Of a stretch of DNA of 64,000 nucleotides, positions 9,618-18,977 are shown piece by piece. Position numbers and translations under genes: made by a program. The DNA comes from an uncultured Candidatus Binatia bacterium. Lineage in GTDB: Bacteria; Desulfobacterota; Binatia; Bin18. The first letter of the stretch is position 1; each line of letters opens with the position of its first letter. The DNA is taken from positions 64,001 through 128,000 of the forward strand of contig OZ241744.1 in NCBI GenBank assembly GCA_965200965.1. The letters run 5' to 3'. The notes under the pieces are model-generated. The model searched no databases, was not told the DNA's origin, and saw nothing but the letters and a program-made list of their open reading frames with translations.

Positions 9618-10895
9618 ATGCGTGCCACACACGGCAAAGAGCCGGGACACAACGCGGGCCGGACCTGGCTTGACCGCGGTGTCCGCATCGGCCTGATGTT
9701 GTTTTTCATCAGTCTGTGTACCTCGGTCGCCATTCAGCAAACCCTGCTCGGCGTCATGCTGGGCGTTGGGGCCTGCCACTGCTGGCGGACTCAGACCGCC
9801 CCCCGCACGCCTCTTGATCCGGCGCTGCTGCTTTTGGGGGGCGCGCTCCTGCTGTCGAGCCTGCTCAGCCCGGACCCGCTCCACTCTTTACCGGCGCACC
9901 GAAAGCTGTGGCTGGTGGGGGCCTTTTTTGTCGCCTATGTCCTGATTGACAGCCGCCAATGCGCCGTCCAACTCATCAGACTGGTGATTATCACTGCCGC
10001 GGCGCTGGCCGCCTACGGCGTTGTCCAGCACTACACCGGCCTTGACCTGGCCCGCCAGTTGGTCGGCAAAGAGCCGAGTCTGACCGCCTTCTGGCTGGGC
10101 AGCAAAGAGGGCTTTCGGACCGCCGGGCTTTTTCCGTCGGGCATCACCTACGCCCACAATCTGCTGTTTCCCCTGTGCCTGGTTACGGCCTTTCTCTTGG
10201 CTCCAGCCAAGGGCTGGCGGACAAGAGCCGGGCTGGGGCTGGGCTGGGGGCTGATGGTGATGGCCCTGCTGTTCTCCCTGACCCGAGGCGTCTGGATCGC
10301 CTATGCCGGTGTGCTCGTGCTGGCCGGGCTGGTCAGGGGCCGGCGGGCGCTCGCTGGCGCGCTCGGCGCGCTCGGCGTCTGTGGGGTGTTGCTGCTCGGT
10401 GCCGGCGACGGAGTGCGGGAGCGGGCCGGTCAAATTTTTGATCTGAACGCGCCGGCAAACCTGGCCCGCAGCCGCATCTGGCAGGCCAATATCGCCATGA
10501 TCCGGGACCGGCCGTTGTTTGGCTGGGGCTACGGCAACTATAAACAGTTCCGCGCGCCCTACTACGCCCGGTATCCAGCGGTCGGCTCGGCCGGCTGGGC
10601 CGGGAACTCTGACGCCCACGCCCACAATACCTTTTTGCAACTGTGGGTTGATGGTGGCTGGCCCGGCTTTGTCGCTTTTATCGCCCTGCTTGCGGCCGTC
10701 CTGGCCAAAGGCTGGCAGACCTATACCCGGCTAGCCGAGCCGCTCAAAAGCTGTGCCCTCGGCATTCTGCTCGGCCTCGTCGGCTTTCTCATCGGCGGGC
10801 TGACCCAGCACAACTTTGGCGATGCCGAGGTAAGCATCGTTCTGTGGGCGCTCGTTGGCGTGCTGCTGCGCCTGGAGCGGTGGACAGAGGACTGA
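9618..10895 (+). CDS. O-antigen ligase/Wzy_C family protein
   Basis: Polytopic membrane protein; SLTRGVW, RPLFGWGYGNY, HAHNTFLQ motifs. Confidence 0.85.
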   Translation: MRATHGKEPGHNAGRTWLDRGVRIGLMLFFISLCTSVAIQQTLLGVMLGVGACHCWRTQTAPRTPLDPALLLLGGALLLSSLLSPDPLHSLPAHRKLWLVGAFFVAYVLIDSRQCAVQLIRLVIITAAALAAYGVVQHYTGLDLARQLVGKEPSLTAFWLGSKEGFRTAGLFPSGITYAHNLLFPLCLVTAFLLAPAKGWRTRAGLGLGWGLMVMALLFSLTRGVWIAYAGVLVLAGLVRGRRALAGALGALGVCGVLLLGAGDGVRERAGQIFDLNAPANLARSRIWQANIAMIRDRPLFGWGYGNYKQFRAPYYARYPAVGSAGWAGNSDAHAHNTFLQLWVDGGWPGFVAFIALLAAVLAKGWQTYTRLAEPLKSCALGILLGLVGFLIGGLTQHNFGDAEVSIVLWALVGVLLRLERWTED

Positions 10896-10983
10896 AGCGA
10901 CTCACCAGGCAGGAACAGCGCTCTGACCTGCCCCGTCCTCTTGCCGCTCCTCGTGGGCGTCGCTATGGTGAACCACGTCTGCC

Positions 10984-12723
10984 ATGTACCGTCTCTGGAC
11001 CTATATCTTTCGCTACCGCTACCGGTATTTGCGCGGTATCCTGTGCCTGTTGCTCACCGCCAGCCTGGCGATGTCCATTCCGCTCCTGCTCAAACGCGCG
11101 GTTGAAGGCATTGAGCAGGGGTTGCCCTTTTCTGATATCAGCCTGTCGCTTGCCGCGCTCATCAGTGTGGCGCTCATTCTGGGCGTGGTCCGCGCCTTTT
11201 CCCGTTTCCTGATCTTCAATGTCGGCCGCGACATTGAGTATGCCTTGCGCAACGATCTGTTTGCCCACATCCAGACGCTGTCTCTCCGCTACTACCAGCG
11301 CAACTTTACCGGCGATCTGATGTCCCGTTTTGTGAACGACGTGAACGCGGTCCGTCTGCTGCTGGGGCTGGGAATCCTGAATGTGCTGAACACCCCAGTG
11401 TACTATGTATACGGCGTCTCGGCCATGATCGCTATTGACCCCGGCCTGACCCTGGCCGCCCTGGCCCCTTACCCCCTGATGATCGTCTTTGTGCGGGCGA
11501 TGAGCCGGCAGATCATGGCTCGCACCCTGCGCGTCCAAGAGGGCCTGGCCGCCCTCTCGACCCGGGTCCAGGAGGGGACCAGCGGTATCCATGTCGTGCG
11601 CGCCTATGTGGGTGAGGACTGGCAGAACGCCGAGTTTGCCACCCTGAACGCGCGATTCAAGGCCGACAGCATCGCCCTGGCCCGGATACGCGGCCTGTTT
11701 CTGCCGCTGATGAAAACTGTGTCCGGGCTCGGCCTGCTGGTCATCCTGTGGTACGGCGGGGCACAGGTCATTGCCGGCCGGCTGAGCCTGGGCGACCTCG
11801 TCGCCTTCATGGGCTATCTCCACCTGCTGGCCTGGCCGACGATGGCCCTGGGCTGGCTGGTGTCCATCGTGCAACGGGGACGGGCCGCCCTCCAGCGCCT
11901 CGACGGCGTTTTTCAGGCCCAACCCGAGATCATCGGCGGCGCTGACGACCGACCGGGGCAGGTATTCAAGGGGGAAGTTGGCTTTCATAACGTGGACTTT
12001 GCCTACCACACCCCTGACAACGGCCACCAGGTTCTGCACGATATCACCTTCACCGTCCCGGCCGGCTCCACCGTCGCGCTGGTCGGTCGGATGGGGTCGG
12101 GAAAAAGCAGTCTGGTGCATCTGCTGCCACGGCTGTTCGACGTGAGCGACGGCTCGATCAGCATTGACGGGCGGGATATCCGGACGTTTTCCCTGGCAGA
12201 CTTGCGCCGCGGCATCGGCTTTGTCCCCCAAGAGCCGTTTCTGTTTTCGACCCGCATCGCAGACAATATCGCCTTTGGCATGCCGACGGTTGACTTTGAC
12301 CAAGTCCAGTGGGCATCTGAGGTGGCGAGCATCGGCCACGAGATTGAAGCCTTGCCCAAGGGCTATGACACGGTTGTCGGTGAGCGCGGCATCACCCTGT
12401 CCGGCGGCCAGAAACAACGCCTGACCCTGGCCCGGGCCCTGATGGCCGACCCTCCCATCCTGGTCCTTGACGCCGCGCTGTCGAGTGTTGACACCCAGAC
12501 CGAACGGGCCATCCTGCGCGCCCTGCGCGACTCAACGCGGGGCAAGACGGTCCTGCTGATCTCACACCGCATCTCCGCGGTTCGGGACGCCGACCTGATC
12601 CTGGTGCTCGACGACGGACGTATTGTTGAGACCGGCACGCACCAAGCCCTCGCGGCCCGGGGCGGCCTGTACGCCGCTCTCTTTCAGCAGCAGGCGCTGG
12701 AGCGCGAACTGGCCGAACTGTGA
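10984..12723 (+). CDS. ABC exporter TMD+NBD, degenerate-site subunit of a heterodimer
   Basis: Walker A GRMGSGKS, signature LSGGQKQR, Walker B ILVLDA lacking the catalytic Glu. Confidence 0.9.
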   Translation: MYRLWTYIFRYRYRYLRGILCLLLTASLAMSIPLLLKRAVEGIEQGLPFSDISLSLAALISVALILGVVRAFSRFLIFNVGRDIEYALRNDLFAHIQTLSLRYYQRNFTGDLMSRFVNDVNAVRLLLGLGILNVLNTPVYYVYGVSAMIAIDPGLTLAALAPYPLMIVFVRAMSRQIMARTLRVQEGLAALSTRVQEGTSGIHVVRAYVGEDWQNAEFATLNARFKADSIALARIRGLFLPLMKTVSGLGLLVILWYGGAQVIAGRLSLGDLVAFMGYLHLLAWPTMALGWLVSIVQRGRAALQRLDGVFQAQPEIIGGADDRPGQVFKGEVGFHNVDFAYHTPDNGHQVLHDITFTVPAGSTVALVGRMGSGKSSLVHLLPRLFDVSDGSISIDGRDIRTFSLADLRRGIGFVPQEPFLFSTRIADNIAFGMPTVDFDQVQWASEVASIGHEIEALPKGYDTVVGERGITLSGGQKQRLTLARALMADPPILVLDAALSSVDTQTERAILRALRDSTRGKTVLLISHRISAVRDADLILVLDDGRIVETGTHQALAARGGLYAALFQQQALERELAEL

Positions 12724-14561
12724 TGGACACGCCGCGCGAGCCCGAGCTGGGCAAAACCTATGACCTCGTTCTGCTGCGGCGGCTGTGGCGCTACGTCCGT
12801 CCTTACCGGGCGCGGTTTCTCCTGGCCCTGGTCTGTCTGCCGCTGACCTCAGCCTGTGTGCTGGCCCAGCCCTACCTGTTGAAGCTGGCCGTTGACCGCT
12901 ACATGCTCCAGCGCGAGCCCGAGGGGCTGGCCCTGGTCGGCCTGCTGTTTGCCGTTGCCCTGCTCGGCGAGTTTGTTTTCCTGTATACCCAGTTTCACGC
13001 CACCATGCTCATGGCCCAGAGCAGCCTGGCCGACCTGCGCCGCGATCTGTTCGCCCACTTGCTGGAGCTGCCGGCCCGCTTTTTTGAGCGCACCCCGGTC
13101 GGCCGCCTCGTCACCCGCCTGACGACCGATGTGGACGCGATTAACGAAGCCTTTTCGGCCGGCACGCTGACCATCTTCATGGATGTGCTGACCATGACCG
13201 GGATCGTCACCATTATGCTGCTGCTCGATCCGCAATTGGCCCTGGTAGCGCTGGTCCTGGTGCCGCCACTGGTGTTGAGCCTGAATTTCTTTCGGATTCG
13301 GACCCGCCAGAACTACCGGACGATGCGCAGCCGGCTGGCCCGGATCAACTCTTTTCTGCAAGAAACCATCTCCGGCATCCTGGTGGTCCAGCTGTTCGCC
13401 CAGGAGAAAAAGCTGTTTGGCGAGTTTGACCGGCGTAACCGTGACTACCGGGACGCCAGCCATGTGTCGAATATCTACGAGGCGAGCCTCTTCTCGGTGG
13501 TTGAAGCGATCAGTTCCGTCTCAATTGGGCTGATGCTGTGGTACGGTGCCGGCCAGGTCGGCAGCGGTATCGTGGCCCTGGGCACCCTGGTGGCCTTTGT
13601 CGATTATATCCAGAAACTGTTTGTGCCGATGCGGGAGTTCAGCGGCAAGTATACCACCCTGCAATCCGCCCTGAGCGCCATCGAGCGGGTCTTCCAACTC
13701 CTGGACACACCGGCGGCAATCACCTCGCCCGACACCCCCCGCCGGCCTCAGCAGGTCCGCGGCCGGATCGTGTTTGACCATGTCTGGTTTGCCTATGACG
13801 ATGAAGACTGGGTACTGCGGGACGTGTCTTTTACGCTTGAGCCCGGCGAAAAAATTGCCCTTGTCGGTGCCACCGGTGCCGGTAAAACGACGATCAGTAA
13901 GCTGCTCAGTCGCTTCTACGATGTCCAGCGCGGCCGGATTCTGATTGACGGCATTGATATCCGCGAGTGGGACCCGAAGGTCCTGCGGCGGCACATCGGC
14001 ACGGTCCTCCAGGACGTGTTCCTGTTTGTCGGTGATATTGTCACCAACATCAGCCTGGGCCGGACCGATATTGCGCCGGCAGCCCTGGAACGGGCCGCCC
14101 AGGCGGTCCATGCCGACCGTTTTGTCCGCCAGCTGCCCAAGGGCTATGCCGAGCAATTGTACGAACGCGGCTCCAACCTGTCCGCCGGCCAGCGCCAGCT
14201 CCTGTCCTTTGCCCGGGCCCTGGCCTACGATCCGGCCGTCCTGGTCATGGACGAAGCCACCTCAAGCGTTGACCCGGAGACCGAACTGCTCATTCAGGAC
14301 GCCCTGACAACGCTGATGGAAGGCCGGACCACCCTGGTGGTTGCCCATCGCTTTTCGACCATTCAGAATGTTGACCGCATCCTGGTCATGCACAAGGGCC
14401 GGCTGCGCGAGATGGGCAGCCACGAAGAACTGCTGGGCCGGCGGGGCATCTACTGGCGTCTGTACCAGTTGCAGTACAGCGGCCACGAGTCCGGCGGACA
14501 GGCTTCTCAGCCGGCGCGCTCAAACGAAAGCGAGGGGCTGCTTGGTGGGGAGACAGAGTGA
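12723..14561 (+). CDS. ABC exporter TMD+NBD, partner subunit (MdlAB/YheIH-type)
   Basis: GATGAGKT, LSAGQRQ, VMDEATSS; translationally coupled to the previous gene. Confidence 0.9.
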   Translation: MDTPREPELGKTYDLVLLRRLWRYVRPYRARFLLALVCLPLTSACVLAQPYLLKLAVDRYMLQREPEGLALVGLLFAVALLGEFVFLYTQFHATMLMAQSSLADLRRDLFAHLLELPARFFERTPVGRLVTRLTTDVDAINEAFSAGTLTIFMDVLTMTGIVTIMLLLDPQLALVALVLVPPLVLSLNFFRIRTRQNYRTMRSRLARINSFLQETISGILVVQLFAQEKKLFGEFDRRNRDYRDASHVSNIYEASLFSVVEAISSVSIGLMLWYGAGQVGSGIVALGTLVAFVDYIQKLFVPMREFSGKYTTLQSALSAIERVFQLLDTPAAITSPDTPRRPQQVRGRIVFDHVWFAYDDEDWVLRDVSFTLEPGEKIALVGATGAGKTTISKLLSRFYDVQRGRILIDGIDIREWDPKVLRRHIGTVLQDVFLFVGDIVTNISLGRTDIAPAALERAAQAVHADRFVRQLPKGYAEQLYERGSNLSAGQRQLLSFARALAYDPAVLVMDEATSSVDPETELLIQDALTTLMEGRTTLVVAHRFSTIQNVDRILVMHKGRLREMGSHEELLGRRGIYWRLYQLQYSGHESGGQASQPARSNESEGLLGGETE

Positions 14562-14564
14562 GGC

Positions 14565-15629
14565 ATGTGGGTCTGGCTTGTCTGCCTGACGCTGCTGTCC
14601 GCCTGCTCGCCGGTCTATGTCCTCAGGCTGGGCTATGAAGAGGCCAGGATTCTGTGGCATCGCCGGCCCATCAGCGATATCCTGAACCGGCCCGACCTTG
14701 ACCCTGCCACCCGCGACAAGCTGCGCCTCGTCTTGCGCGTCCGGGCCTTTGCCGAACACGAATTAGGCTTCAGGGTCCGCGGCAGCTACGCCAGCCTGAC
14801 CGAAGTCAGCCGTCCGCCGATTGTGCATGTGCTGAGCGCGGCCCCGCGGACTCGTCTCGAGCCGTATACCTGGTGGTTCCCGATCGTCGGCCGGGTGGCC
14901 TACAAGGGCTATTTCAACCAGGGTTTGGCCCGGGCAGACGCGCGCCGGCTCGAAGTCCAAGGCTATGATACCGCTGTCCGCCAAGCGTCGGCCTTCAGTA
15001 CCCTGGGCTGGTTTGACGACCCGCTGCTGCCGCATCTGCTGGGCTATGAGGCCGAAACGCTGGTCAATGTGATTTTTCATGAACTGTTTCACAGCACGTT
15101 TTACCTGGCCGGACACACGGCGTTTAACGAATCCCTGGCCAATTTTGCCGGCCATCGGGCCGCGATTGTCTTTTTTGCCCAGGAACACGGCCAAGACGCC
15201 GTGCTCACCCGCCGGGCCGAAGCCGGCTGGAGGCGGCAACTGCGGCTGTCCGAGTTGCTGGCCCGGGCCGCCGAGGGTTTGCGGGCACTCTACGCCTCAT
15301 CCCTGCCCGAGGCCGACAAGCTCAGCCAACGGGAAGAACGGTTTGCCGCCTTCCAGGCCGAATATCGGGCCCTGGCCGGGCCGGCTTCGGCCAAGGCCGG
15401 GCTCGCCTCGGGCCGGCTCAACAACGCCATCCTGATCAACCATTTGGTCTATATGCGAGAGCTGGGGCTTTTTGAGCAGGTCTATCAACAGGCCGGCCAG
15501 GATTTGCGCCGCACCCTGGAGCGCATTCCTGAAGTGGCGACAGGAGCCGCGGAGCCGTTCGCCGAGGTAAAAACGCTGCTCAAGCGGCCGGTGTCAGAAG
15601 AGCGCAACCCAAGCGCGTGGAATGGCTAG
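14565..15629 (+). CDS. Putative zinc aminopeptidase lipoprotein (DUF2265-like)
   Basis: Lipobox LSAC, WWFPIVGRVAYKGYF, AFSTLGWFDDP, HELFH and downstream NES. Confidence 0.8.
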   Translation: MWVWLVCLTLLSACSPVYVLRLGYEEARILWHRRPISDILNRPDLDPATRDKLRLVLRVRAFAEHELGFRVRGSYASLTEVSRPPIVHVLSAAPRTRLEPYTWWFPIVGRVAYKGYFNQGLARADARRLEVQGYDTAVRQASAFSTLGWFDDPLLPHLLGYEAETLVNVIFHELFHSTFYLAGHTAFNESLANFAGHRAAIVFFAQEHGQDAVLTRRAEAGWRRQLRLSELLARAAEGLRALYASSLPEADKLSQREERFAAFQAEYRALAGPASAKAGLASGRLNNAILINHLVYMRELGLFEQVYQQAGQDLRRTLERIPEVATGAAEPFAEVKTLLKRPVSEERNPSAWNG

Positions 15630-15841
15630 ACCGCTGTCTCAACCCAATCGCTTTCAGAAGCGGGGCCTGGAATGGGCTGGCCGCACTCGCGCAGCCCCTC
15701 CAGGTGAAAGTCAATCGCTTCCTCAATCAGGGCTGTCGCTTCCTGCCGTGTCTCTGCCACTGCAATACAGCCGGGGAGGTCGGGAATGTGAGCGCCCCAG
15801 CCTGACTCGCCTTTTTCAAGAATCACGAGATAGTACATCAT
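15626..15841 (-). CDS. HicB-family antitoxin-like protein with no adjacent hicA
   Basis: YLVILEKGESGWGAHIPDLPGCIAVAET...EAIDFHLEGLRE is the typical short HicB. Confidence 0.85.
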   Translation of the reverse strand: MMYYLVILEKGESGWGAHIPDLPGCIAVAETRQEATALIEEAIDFHLEGLRECGQPIPGPASESDWVETAV

Positions 15842-15856
15842 TTTCCCTTTTCAGGC

Positions 15857-16480
15857 TCACGCCTGTGCCTGCACAAACTCTACCGCGGCCTGGGCCGCGG
15901 CCCTCTCCTGTCCCCAGAAAAAATGGTCAACCCCGGCCAGTGTCACCAGCTTTTTGGGATCAGGCATCTTCTCGACCAGCTGTTGCAGTTCGGGGATGGG
16001 CGAGAAGGTGTCCGTATCTCCGCTGATGAGCAGCGTCGGCTTGTTGGCCGTCAGCAGAAACGACGGGTCCCGAAAGCCGACCGGCAGGGCCACGCCAATC
16101 AGCACACCCACCCGCTCATCCTCAGCCCCGGCGCGCAGCCCGACGAGAGAGCCGAATGAATACCCGGCGACAACGACCCTGGACACCGGCTGGCGGGTGA
16201 GCAGGGCGGTGACCGCGGCTTTGACATCTTCAACCTCAGCCTCGCCCTCGCCGTGGCTGCCCCCGCTGTGGCCCACCCCGCGAAAATTGAAGCGCAGGGT
16301 GGCAAGTCCGGTCTCCTGAAACGCCAGGGTCAGGGCCGACACCACAGTGTTGCGCATCTCGCCGCCGTACTGTGGGTGGGGATGACAGATCACCGCGCCG
16401 ATGGACGGGGCGGTGGGCGGCGATGAAAACAGTCCTTCGAGGCTGATATCTCCAACCGGAAACGTCATCTGTTCTTCCAC
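15857..16480 (-). CDS. Alpha/beta hydrolase
   Basis: CHPHPQYGG, RFNFRGVG, GYSFG nucleophile elbow, DHFF. Confidence 0.9.
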   Translation of the reverse strand: MEEQMTFPVGDISLEGLFSSPPTAPSIGAVICHPHPQYGGEMRNTVVSALTLAFQETGLATLRFNFRGVGHSGGSHGEGEAEVEDVKAAVTALLTRQPVSRVVVAGYSFGSLVGLRAGAEDERVGVLIGVALPVGFRDPSFLLTANKPTLLISGDTDTFSPIPELQQLVEKMPDPKKLVTLAGVDHFFWGQERAAAQAAVEFVQAQA

Positions 16481-16586
16481 GGCTTCTCCTGTTCATAGAC
16501 CCTGGTGTAGCACGCTCCGCGGCCGGCTGAAAGGACGGGTGCGCTTGTCAGCCGGGGTGTGTTGGCCTAGTCTGCACGCTGCTGCC

Positions 16587-17153
16587 ATGTCACATCCGCT
16601 GCGCCATACCCCCGAGTCCGTCCGATTCCTGGCCGACCGCACGGTCGGCAAGCTGGCCCGCTGGCTGCGCATCCTGGGCTATGACACCCTGTATTGGCCG
16701 CAGCTGACGCCGGTCGGCCTGCTGGCCGAGGGCCGCCGCCAGGGACGGGTGATCCTGAGCCGCAACACCCGCATTCTGCAAGGACGGAGCGTCTCGCCCT
16801 CCTCTCGGTCTGATGAGACGCGCCGGCCTTGGGTCAAAGACGCGCCGGCCTGTGTCTTCATCCGGCCCGCTCATTTCCGCCAGCAACTCAAGCAGGTGGT
16901 TGAAACGCTTGGGCTTGAGGTGACAAGCGCTGTGCTGAACCGCTGTGTGGCGTGCAATCAGGTCCTCCAGGCGGTCTCCAAGGCCGAGGTCGAGGCCCGG
17001 GTGCCGGCCTATGTGTGGCGCACCCAGTCGGCCTTTCGGCGCTGCCCCGGGTGTGGGCGTATCTACTGGCCGGCCAGCCACCGGGATCATATTCTGGCCG
17101 AGCTTGAGCGGCTGGGCTTGGCCGCGGCGACCGAAACGCGAGCGGAAAACTGA
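16587..17153 (+). CDS. Mut7-C RNase domain protein (DUF82-like) carrying an in-frame palindromic insertion
   Basis: FLADRTVGKLARWLRILGYDT, RCVACN, CPGCGRIYWPASH. Confidence 0.85.
   Translation: MSHPLRHTPESVRFLADRTVGKLARWLRILGYDTLYWPQLTPVGLLAEGRRQGRVILSRNTRILQGRSVSPSSRSDETRRPWVKDAPACVFIRPAHFRQQLKQVVETLGLEVTSAVLNRCVACNQVLQAVSKAEVEARVPAYVWRTQSAFRRCPGCGRIYWPASHRDHILAELERLGLAAATETRAEN
16780..16830. repeat. Palindromic element of about 51 bp inserted in frame; inverted copy at 17257-17310
   Basis: aaggacggagcgtctcgccctcctctcggtctgatgagacgcgccggcctt is nearly the reverse complement of 17258-17308. Confidence 0.85.
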
Positions 17154-17590
17154 TGGCTGATCGCTGGGCCGGCTACTGGTTGTTGTGGGATGGGGGGTGA
17201 GGCTTCTGCCGCGGCTTTGTCGCTTGGGTCAAGCGACACGACCGGGCCGGTGTCATCGAGGACGGCGCGTCTCATCAGACCGAGAGGAAGGCGAGACGCG
17301 CCGTCCTTCGGGCTGTGGCCTGGCAGGACGCCCCCCGGCCGCCTGTGACGGATGAGTTGGCGCAGCGCTGTCGGCAGGCCCTCCATGTGATTACGCCGGC
17401 CGGCGAGACCTTGGCCGCCGGCCGGGCCAGTCTGTGTGTGCTGGGGCTGATCGGCTATCCGCGCTTGGCCCGTCTGGCCGGGCTACCGCCCTTCATCTGG
17501 GCGGTTGAGGCCGGCTACTGGCTTGTGGCCCGCAACCGGCGGTGGCTGAGCCGGGTGCTGTATGGCAAAAGCCAGCCCTGCCAATACTGA
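17153..17590 (+). CDS. DCC-family (DUF393) thiol-disulfide oxidoreductase, probable selenoprotein (Sec at codon 16)
   Basis: ATG 17153 reads MADRWAGYWLLWDGG-[TGA 17198-17200]-GFCRGFVAW and continues in frame into ORF 17315..17590 (GYWLVARNRRWLS). The TGA occupies the first Cys of the DGxCxxC motif. Confidence 0.75.
17208..17247 (+). promoter_or_regulatory. Candidate bacterial SECIS hairpin
   Basis: Perfect 9-bp stem TGTCGCTTG (17218-17226) / CAAGCGACA (17230-17238) with a GGT loop 26 nt after the UGA; a lower GC stem is possible. Confidence 0.65.
17507..17554. repeat. DCC 3'-end segment repeated at 19060-19097 (38 nt identical) and 20089-20132 (44 nt, 2 mismatches)
   Basis: tggcttgtggcccgcaaccgg(c/a)ggtggctgag is seen three times in direct orientation. 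Confidence 0.92.
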
Positions 17591-17652
17591 TGCGCGTCCT
17601 TAAAAGGCGTGATCGTGTCGCCTTCCCCTTGACCAGATGACACATTCACGCC

Positions 17653-17949
17653 TCAGTGCGACGGCGAGAGGGAGCGGGCGAGGCGTTCGGGAGAGAGGGC
17701 TTTTTCCAAGGGTCGCATGATCTGGCGTTCGACGGCCTGCCCGATATATGCGCTGCACGCCAGCCCCACAAGCCGCTGATATTGTTCGTGGGATATCTCC
17801 CCGCTGTCGCGGAACCTAGTCATTTTCCGGAGAAAAGCCCCGACATCTCTTGTGCTCAGTGAGCGGGGCTGGGGTGACTGTCCGGCTCTGGGACGCGGCA
17901 GGCGGTACGGCCGTAGGCGGGGAGCGTATGGCTTTGTAGCGTGTTTCAT
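17653..17949 (-). CDS. Hypothetical 98-aa protein, near-identical paralog of 20640-20939
   Basis: MKHATKPYAPRLRPYRLPR...FRDSGEISHEQYQRLVGLACSAYI; conserved open frame in both copies. Confidence 0.6.
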   Translation of the reverse strand: MKHATKPYAPRLRPYRLPRPRAGQSPQPRSLSTRDVGAFLRKMTRFRDSGEISHEQYQRLVGLACSAYIGQAVERQIMRPLEKALSPERLARSLSPSH

Positions 17950-18041
17950 GGCTGTTCCGTCGGTCAATCGCGTGTTGTCTCCACCTTTGTCGCTGGTGTA
18001 GAGGAGCGGGGCGAGGGCCTGTGACACACCGCGTCGAGACC

Positions 18042-18425
18042 TTATGCAAGAGGCTGGGGTAACAAAACCGGCCTGGAGTGTTCGGCCAACTCCGCTTGCC
18101 AATCAAGGATGTCATCGCTCGGCCAGCCGGTAATGTTTGCGTGTCCAGGAGGGGTGTTGTCATACTCGACGCTCAGACCGCCAGGTCTCTCTGGGACAGC
18201 GTGTGTCGCAAGAATAGCCCACCCGTGCAATTTCTTTCCTCTGTCGCGCGCAACGGTTACGCCGCACTCTTCTGTGCGTTCATGCGGCCATGTATTGGTC
18301 CGAAACACGGAGACCTTGCCTTGGTGGGGTTGAAAGAGTTTGGCTTTCACGCCGGTCGCAGGCATCTTGTTCTTTTCCACGACAAATCGGGTCAGGGGTG
18401 GGCTGTCCTGGAGGCGTCCCATCAC
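18042..18425 (-). CDS. Hypothetical protein (possible toxin-like enzyme of a two-gene module)
   Basis: 127-aa ORF abutting the upstream gene; LTRF..VSVFR..GHANITGWP pattern. Confidence 0.6.
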   Translation of the reverse strand: MMGRLQDSPPLTRFVVEKNKMPATGVKAKLFQPHQGKVSVFRTNTWPHERTEECGVTVARDRGKKLHGWAILATHAVPERPGGLSVEYDNTPPGHANITGWPSDDILDWQAELAEHSRPVLLPQPLA

Positions 18426-18893
18426 CTACCTGTCCTTTTCCTGTATCTGCGCCAATTTGGTAAAGCAGGGATCAATCAAATCTGCAATCTGATCCTCCCA
18501 AGCCCCAAGGTTTTTTGAGCGCGCCGTTCCATAAGTGCAGACATAGGCAACTGTTCCGTCCGGGTCAACCGTGAGCAGCAGCCGCCCATCTTTTTCAAGC
18601 ATCCATTCAAAATATACCCCTCCCTTTTCGGTCGCGCTCACGTCCGGGGCAGGAAGAGCAAAACAGTCTGCCGGGAACTGGTCAATCAGTTGGTGCGCAT
18701 ACTCTACCGCTTCGGGCGCGGCTGCTCCGTCAAACTCTGCTCCAATCTCCCCTTCCAAAAGTGCCCGGACCTCCCCCTCTTGGCGTTCTCTCTCCCTCTG
18801 TTCTTCCTCACCAGAGGAGAAAAATCTACTCACAGGCCGCATAGGAAGAGACCCTGGACAGGGTTCTTCCTCGGACATTTTGGATTCACTCAT
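18426..18893 (-). CDS. Hypothetical acidic protein (partner of 18042-18425)
   Basis: GAGG RBS; PDVSATEKGGVYFEW...LLLTVDPDGTVAY; lower GC than core genes. Confidence 0.6.
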   Translation of the reverse strand: MSESKMSEEEPCPGSLPMRPVSRFFSSGEEEQRERERQEGEVRALLEGEIGAEFDGAAAPEAVEYAHQLIDQFPADCFALPAPDVSATEKGGVYFEWMLEKDGRLLLTVDPDGTVAYVCTYGTARSKNLGAWEDQIADLIDPCFTKLAQIQEKDR

Positions 18894-18977
18894 GCTCAGG
18901 CCCTCTTCAGTTTGTGCGGTTTTATAGCCTGTTATGATGATCACACCGTAATGGCGCAATCCTACAAACTCTTTCTA

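Noticed and set aside
15626-15841. Complete HicAB toxin-antitoxin system
   Set aside because: There is no room or ORF for hicA on either side; solitary hicB genes are common.
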